Shown here in pieces: positions 31,606-35,830 of a stretch of 35,830 nucleotides of DNA (positions within the stretch are counted from its first letter, which is position 1; every line of letters begins with the position of its first letter). Both the position numbers and the translations under genes were made by a program. Below the pieces are notes generated by a model. The model saw nothing but the letters and a program-made list of their open reading frames with translations, had not been told where the DNA came from and did not search any database. Location of the stretch: assembly GCA_900316595.1 (NCBI GenBank), contig ONDN01000064.1, forward strand, positions 1 through 35,830, read 5' to 3'. Source of the stretch: an uncultured Mycoplasmataceae bacterium. GTDB lineage: Bacteria > Bacillota_I > Bacilli_A > Mycoplasmatales > Mycoplasmoidaceae.

Positions 31606-33159
31606 CTATTTAATTCGTTCATATATTGGTTTAGATACTCCAACTTTATGATTATTAAGTAGTTCAAAATTAACTAAACTTTTTGGATCCAAATCTTTTG
31701 TTGAAAATTGAAATTGTTCTTTTGCCAATTTAATTCCTGATTTCAAAATTGGTGATAAATAAAATATTAAATTTCTTACCACATTTGAAACAATATTTAA
31801 AAAATTAAATAACTTATCTTTTTTGTTTTGTTTATTTAATTCTCATGGTTTAGAATCCTCAACATATTTATTAGCTTCAGAACTCAAATTAAGTAATAAG
31901 TTAATTAATTTATTAAATTCAAAATCATCTACAAAGTTGGCAACTTGCTTTTGCAATGCATTAACTTTATCAATCAAAGATATATCATTTTTATCTAAAC
32001 ATTCAATATTTATCTTAGGAATAATCCCTTGGTTATATTTATTAATCATTCCTAATGACCTTGAAAATAAATTACCAAAATTATTTGCAAGATCTGAATT
32101 AAAAGTATTAACAAATAACTCGTTTGAAAATATTCCGTCACTAGAAATAGGGATATTTTTCAATAAATAGTATCTTAATGCATCTGCACCATATTTTTCA
32201 ATGTATTCAACAGGATCTACTACGTTTCCTAATGATTTAGACATTTTACCTTCTTTGGTAATAATCCAACCATGTGAAATGATTTTTGATGGTTGTTTTA
32301 GATTTAAGCATTTTAATAAAATTGGCCAATAAATACCATGGAAACGAGTAATTTCTTTACCAACAATATGAATTTTTACAGCTTCATCATTATCTCAAAA
32401 TTCCCTATAAAGATGATCATCTTCTGTTAAATAACCTAGACCAGTTAAATATGACATCAATGCATCAATTCAAACATAAAGAATATGTTTTTTATCCTCA
32501 ATAGTAGGAACACCTCAATCAAAAGTCGTTCTTGTAATTGATAGATCTTCAAGACCTGGAACAATGAAATTATTCATAATTTCATTAACTCTTTCATTTG
32601 GAATAATGAATTTAGGATTATCTTTATAAAAATTAATTAATCATTTTTGAAATTTTGAGATTTCTAAAAAATAAGATAATTCAGATTTCTCAACCAATTT
32701 ATGACCGACTTTGCAATATAATTGATGATCTTCATGTTCAATTGCTGATGATCTAGTGTAATTTTCTTCACATTGCACACAATATAAACCTTTTCAAGTA
32801 TCTAAATGCACATATTTGTCTTTATATAACTGACTAAATACCTTTTGTACTGCTCGACAATGTTTGTGGTTTGTTGTTCTAATAAAAGCACCAAACTTAA
32901 TGTCTAATAATTCTCATAAATGATTAAAATCATTGTAAATATCATCTACATAAGCTTGTGGTTCTTTGTTTGCTTTGGTAGCTTTTTCAGCAATTTTTTG
33001 ACCATGTTCATCCATCCCAGACAATAAAATTGCATCATTACCTAAAATTTTCTTAAAACCAACAAAAACATCACCCATTATTGTGGTAAATGCATGTCCA
33101 ATATGAGGTTTTCCTGAGCCATAATAAATAGGTGTTGTTACTAAAAATTTCTTTTCCAT
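31606..33159 (-). CDS. metG: Methionine--tRNA ligase (short form, 517 aa)
   Basis: The N-terminus is [25 protein letters not shown] (HIGH motif). The KMSKS motif appears as ...MSKSLGNVV... Track ORFs 31843.. and 32914.. are in the same frame. I translated the C-terminus by hand to the TAG at 31608-31606. Confidence 0.92.
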
Positions 33160-33220
33160 TCTTTGATTATTATATTTATGATAAATGAATTTAATTTGAC
33201 TAAATAAAAAAAATTAAAAT

Positions 33221-33261
33221 ATTACATATTAATATGTTATATTAACATTGATGTTAATATA
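33221..33261. promoter_or_regulatory. Two adjacent inverted repeats in the metG / BMP-operon divergent promoter region; candidate operator(s)
   Basis: ACATATTAATATGT (33224-33237) is a perfect 14-bp palindrome. ATTAACAT-tg-ATGTTAAT (33241-33258) has 8-bp arms, extendable to 11-bp arms at 33238-33261. They lie 24-60 nt upstream of the ATG at 33285. Confidence 0.3.
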
Positions 33262-33284
33262 TTGGTAGGTTGGGTCATTTTGAT

Positions 33285-35090
33285 ATGAACATTAATAAGA
33301 AACAACATTCAAAAACATTCAAAACTATTATTAAAATTGGTGCTGCTGTTGTATTAGTAGCTGGTTCAAGTGGTCTAGTCTTTGGATTAACTGCTTCACT
33401 TTCTCTAAATGAAAAATACGTCGATATAAAACCTTATCAATTTAATGAGGGTGATAAGATTAATCCAAGAATTGCTGCAGACTATAGTTCATTACCTTCT
33501 GTTTCGTATTGAAACTGTTCATCAACTGAACCTATAAATGAGAGAAATAACGTATATAAATACTCAACAATCGATGAATATCCTAATGGGTCATTAGGCA
33601 ATTATCCTTTAGATGTTCTAAGCAATTCCCCAGAAGAAATGTATTCTTGTGCGTCACAAATATTGGATGGTGCTACCCATGTTACTTTAGATAAATCTTT
33701 TAATGAATCTTCATATTTAGGTCTTGTTAATTGAATACATCAAAAAGATAATACAATCAAAGGTGATCCATGAAAAGCCGGTGATGCTGTTAGACTTAAA
33801 AATTCAGAATTAAAAAATGCTGATAGTAATGGATATAAAGATGGCCAGTATTCTGCTAGATCTAGTAAACCAAGTTCTGATGATAGCTCCGGTTTTCACA
33901 GCATTTATATGGAAGAAATCAATAAAATGCCTTTAAACTCAGATGATCCTGATGGTTCTAGAAAAGGTTCATTATTGCTTCCTGGATACATTCATGAAGA
34001 CCCACTTAAATCATTTAAAGAAAAACAAACAAAATTATACAATGAAGCAACTTATACAATCCTTGATGGTGGATTTGATTCAGATCGTTGTGCATCAGTT
34101 TATTATCGAGCTGATCAATCAGCATTTTTATGTGGAATTGCAATATGCCAATATCTTCAAGATAGATATGACAGCATATATTCAAAAATTAATCATGGTA
34201 AACTTGCCGTAGGTACATTTGGTGGCCTTCCTATACCAACAGTTACATCATTTATGGGTGGATTTGAGTGAGGTATTTATATTTACAATAAATGCTTTCT
34301 CCCAAAATATGAAGGTTATGATCAATGAGATGATGCGACTAAAGCAAAAAGAAAAGTAGATTTAATTTGTGTAGGAAGATCTGAATCATTCTATTCGAAT
34401 TCATTTGTAACAGGTGAAGCAAAACTTCTTGTACAACAATTATTAACACAAGGGGCTGATGCTATTTTACCAGTTGCTGGTCCACAAACAATTGATGTTG
34501 TTAATGAAATTAGAAACCGACATTCACCTGCAGTAGTGATTGGTGTTGATACTGATCAAGAAAATAGTGACATAGGCGAATATAGAAGCAAAAGCTCTTT
34601 AAATAAAGATGATAAAATAATTCAATTCTCAGCAAAAAAAGACTTAGCTGGAATTAGTTCAACAATCTTGCAAGCAAGAGCTAAAGGTGTAAGAGGTTAT
34701 TATTTTGATGAAGACTTTAATGTTAATTATTTAGGATATGATGGAAAAAAATTAGATCAACAAGAAGATTATACTAGGTATTCATTTATAGGTAATAGTG
34801 GTTATGCCACTGTTGGCACAATTTATAACAAAGGTGCAGGCATTTCACAAGGAGCGGATAACACATTAAACTATGAATCTGCAAATGAATTAAATGGTGG
34901 CACAGGTTGACAATCATTGCTTCATGCGCTTAAATTGGTTGATGTTGAAGAAGACATTGATGATTCAGCAACATATAATGATTTAATTTCTTTCTTGTTA
35001 TGAAAAAGATTTGATGATATTGATGACCAACATAAAGATGTCAATGTATTTGAATTTTTAGAGGATAATGAATATTTTGTTTACAAATAA
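33285..35090 (+). CDS. BMP-family (PnrA/Med-like) ABC substrate-binding protein, enlarged (601 aa), with an N-terminal signal anchor and no obvious lipobox
   Basis: Track ORFs 33270.., 33909.. and 34536.. share a frame, and all gaps translated without a stop. The BMP motifs are ...ILDGATHVTLDKSFNESSYLGL..., ...ADQSAFLCGIA..., ...FGGLPIPTVTSFMGGFEWG... and ...ILPVAGPQTIDVV...VIGVDTDQ. I chose the ATG at 33285 (MNINKKQHSKTFKTIIKIGAAVVLVAGSSGLVFGL). Confidence 0.8.
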
Positions 35091-35092
35091 CT

Positions 35093-35830
35093 ATGTGGTT
35101 TAAAAAGAAAAAAGTCAGTCAAGCAAATACAAAAAGCTTATATGAATCTAACGATAGTAAGTATGCTATTGAAATGATTAAAATAACCAAAACATTTGAT
35201 AATGGTAAGAAAATTGTTAATGATAACTTGACAATTAAGGTTGAAAAAAATGAAATTCATGCTATCGTTGGTGAAAATGGTGCTGGTAAAACAACAATAA
35301 TGTCAATCTTGTTTGGAATCTTACCATATGATTCAGGCAAAATCATTGTTAATGGAAATGAATTAACAACAATGACTGCTAATGATATAAAAGCAAATGG
35401 TATTGGTATGGTTCACCAACATTTCAAATTGGTTAATAACTATACATTATTAGACAATATAATTTTGGGTGCTGAAATAACTAAACATGGTTTTATTGAT
35501 CGAAAATCTGCAAAAGAAAAAATTGAAAAATTAGCAAAGCAATACAATTTAGATGTTAATTTGGATATCAAATCTATTAATGCAACTGTCGGCCAACAAC
35601 AGAGAACCGAAATTTTAAAATTGTTATATCGAGATGTTGATATTTTAATTTTTGATGAACCGACTGCTGTTCTTTCTGACCAAGAAATTAAAGGTTTTTT
35701 GCAAATGCTACTTGAGTTTAAAAAACAAGGAAAGACCATTATATTAATTACTCATAAACTTAATGAAGTTATGGCTGTTGCAGATAACATCACAATTATT
35801 CGTAAAGGTAAATTGGTTAAAACTGTAAAA
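35093..35830 (+). CDS. ABC transporter ATP-binding protein (nucleoside/sugar type, first NBD); 3' end runs off the window
   Basis: The ATG at 35093 lies 2 nt after the binding-protein stop. Walker A is GENGAGKTT, the Q-loop is MVHQHF, the signature-like motif is TVGQQQRTEILK and Walker B is ILIFDEPTAVL. The frame is still open at 35830. Confidence 0.9.
   Translation, partial: MWFKKKKVSQANTKSLYESNDSKYAIEMIKITKTFDNGKKIVNDNLTIKVEKNEIHAIVGENGAGKTTIMSILFGILPYDSGKIIVNGNELTTMTANDIKANGIGMVHQHFKLVNNYTLLDNIILGAEITKHGFIDRKSAKEKIEKLAKQYNLDVNLDIKSINATVGQQQRTEILKLLYRDVDILIFDEPTAVLSDQEIKGFLQMLLEFKKQGKTIILITHKLNEVMAVADNITIIRKGKLVKTVK

Noticed and set aside
33943-34212. 89-aa same-strand ORF in an alternative frame inside the BMP-family gene.
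   Set aside because: It overlaps the frame carrying conserved BMP motifs. Its translation is low-complexity with no recognisable motif or start context.

Overview
This is a strongly AT-rich, tightly packed chromosomal segment from a wall-less Mollicute of the Mycoplasma type. I cannot name the species from sequence alone. It must be read with genetic code 4. Almost every gap between same-frame pieces in the supplied ORF track is an in-frame TGA at a conserved Trp position. Examples are tuf GEAQ-W-EES and DE-W-IPT, rpoD YATWWIRQ, tpiA AN-W-KMN and EPI-W-AIG, rnhB GC-W-AGP and rbgA IN-W-YIGHM. After joining the pieces by hand I get 32 protein genes (2 truncated by the window edges) and 2 tRNAs. 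I saw no rRNA, CRISPR array, IS element, integrase or phage genes. The content is core housekeeping: rnhC, a DUF2188 protein, a GpsB/DivIVA-like protein, tuf, ezrA-like, NIF3, trmK, rpoD, mnmA, rnhB, rbgA, a heterodimeric ABC exporter pair, dnaX, yebC, pflA, proS, trmL, polC, whiA, trxB, tpiA, pepA, metG, and a BMP-family binding protein followed by its ABC ATPase. Two long minus-strand gene trains (33159 to 20352 and 19278 to 11634) have abutting or overlapping stop and start codons. Several items are not routine. (1) A single 722-codon frame fuses a YitT/DUF2179 membrane protein to a choline/ethanolamine-kinase-fold domain. (2) An 86-aa stand-alone glycyl-radical domain sits next to a PFL activase, with no PFL catalytic gene in the window. 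(3) A tRNA with anticodon CUC has a non-canonical D-loop, T-loop and T-stem. (4) RpoD carries a roughly 145-aa lysine-rich repeat tail. (5) A small membrane peptide has the only strong Shine-Dalgarno sequence in the window. (6) G/C-containing palindromes lie in two divergent promoter regions. All product calls are from my own reading of motifs; no database search was run.
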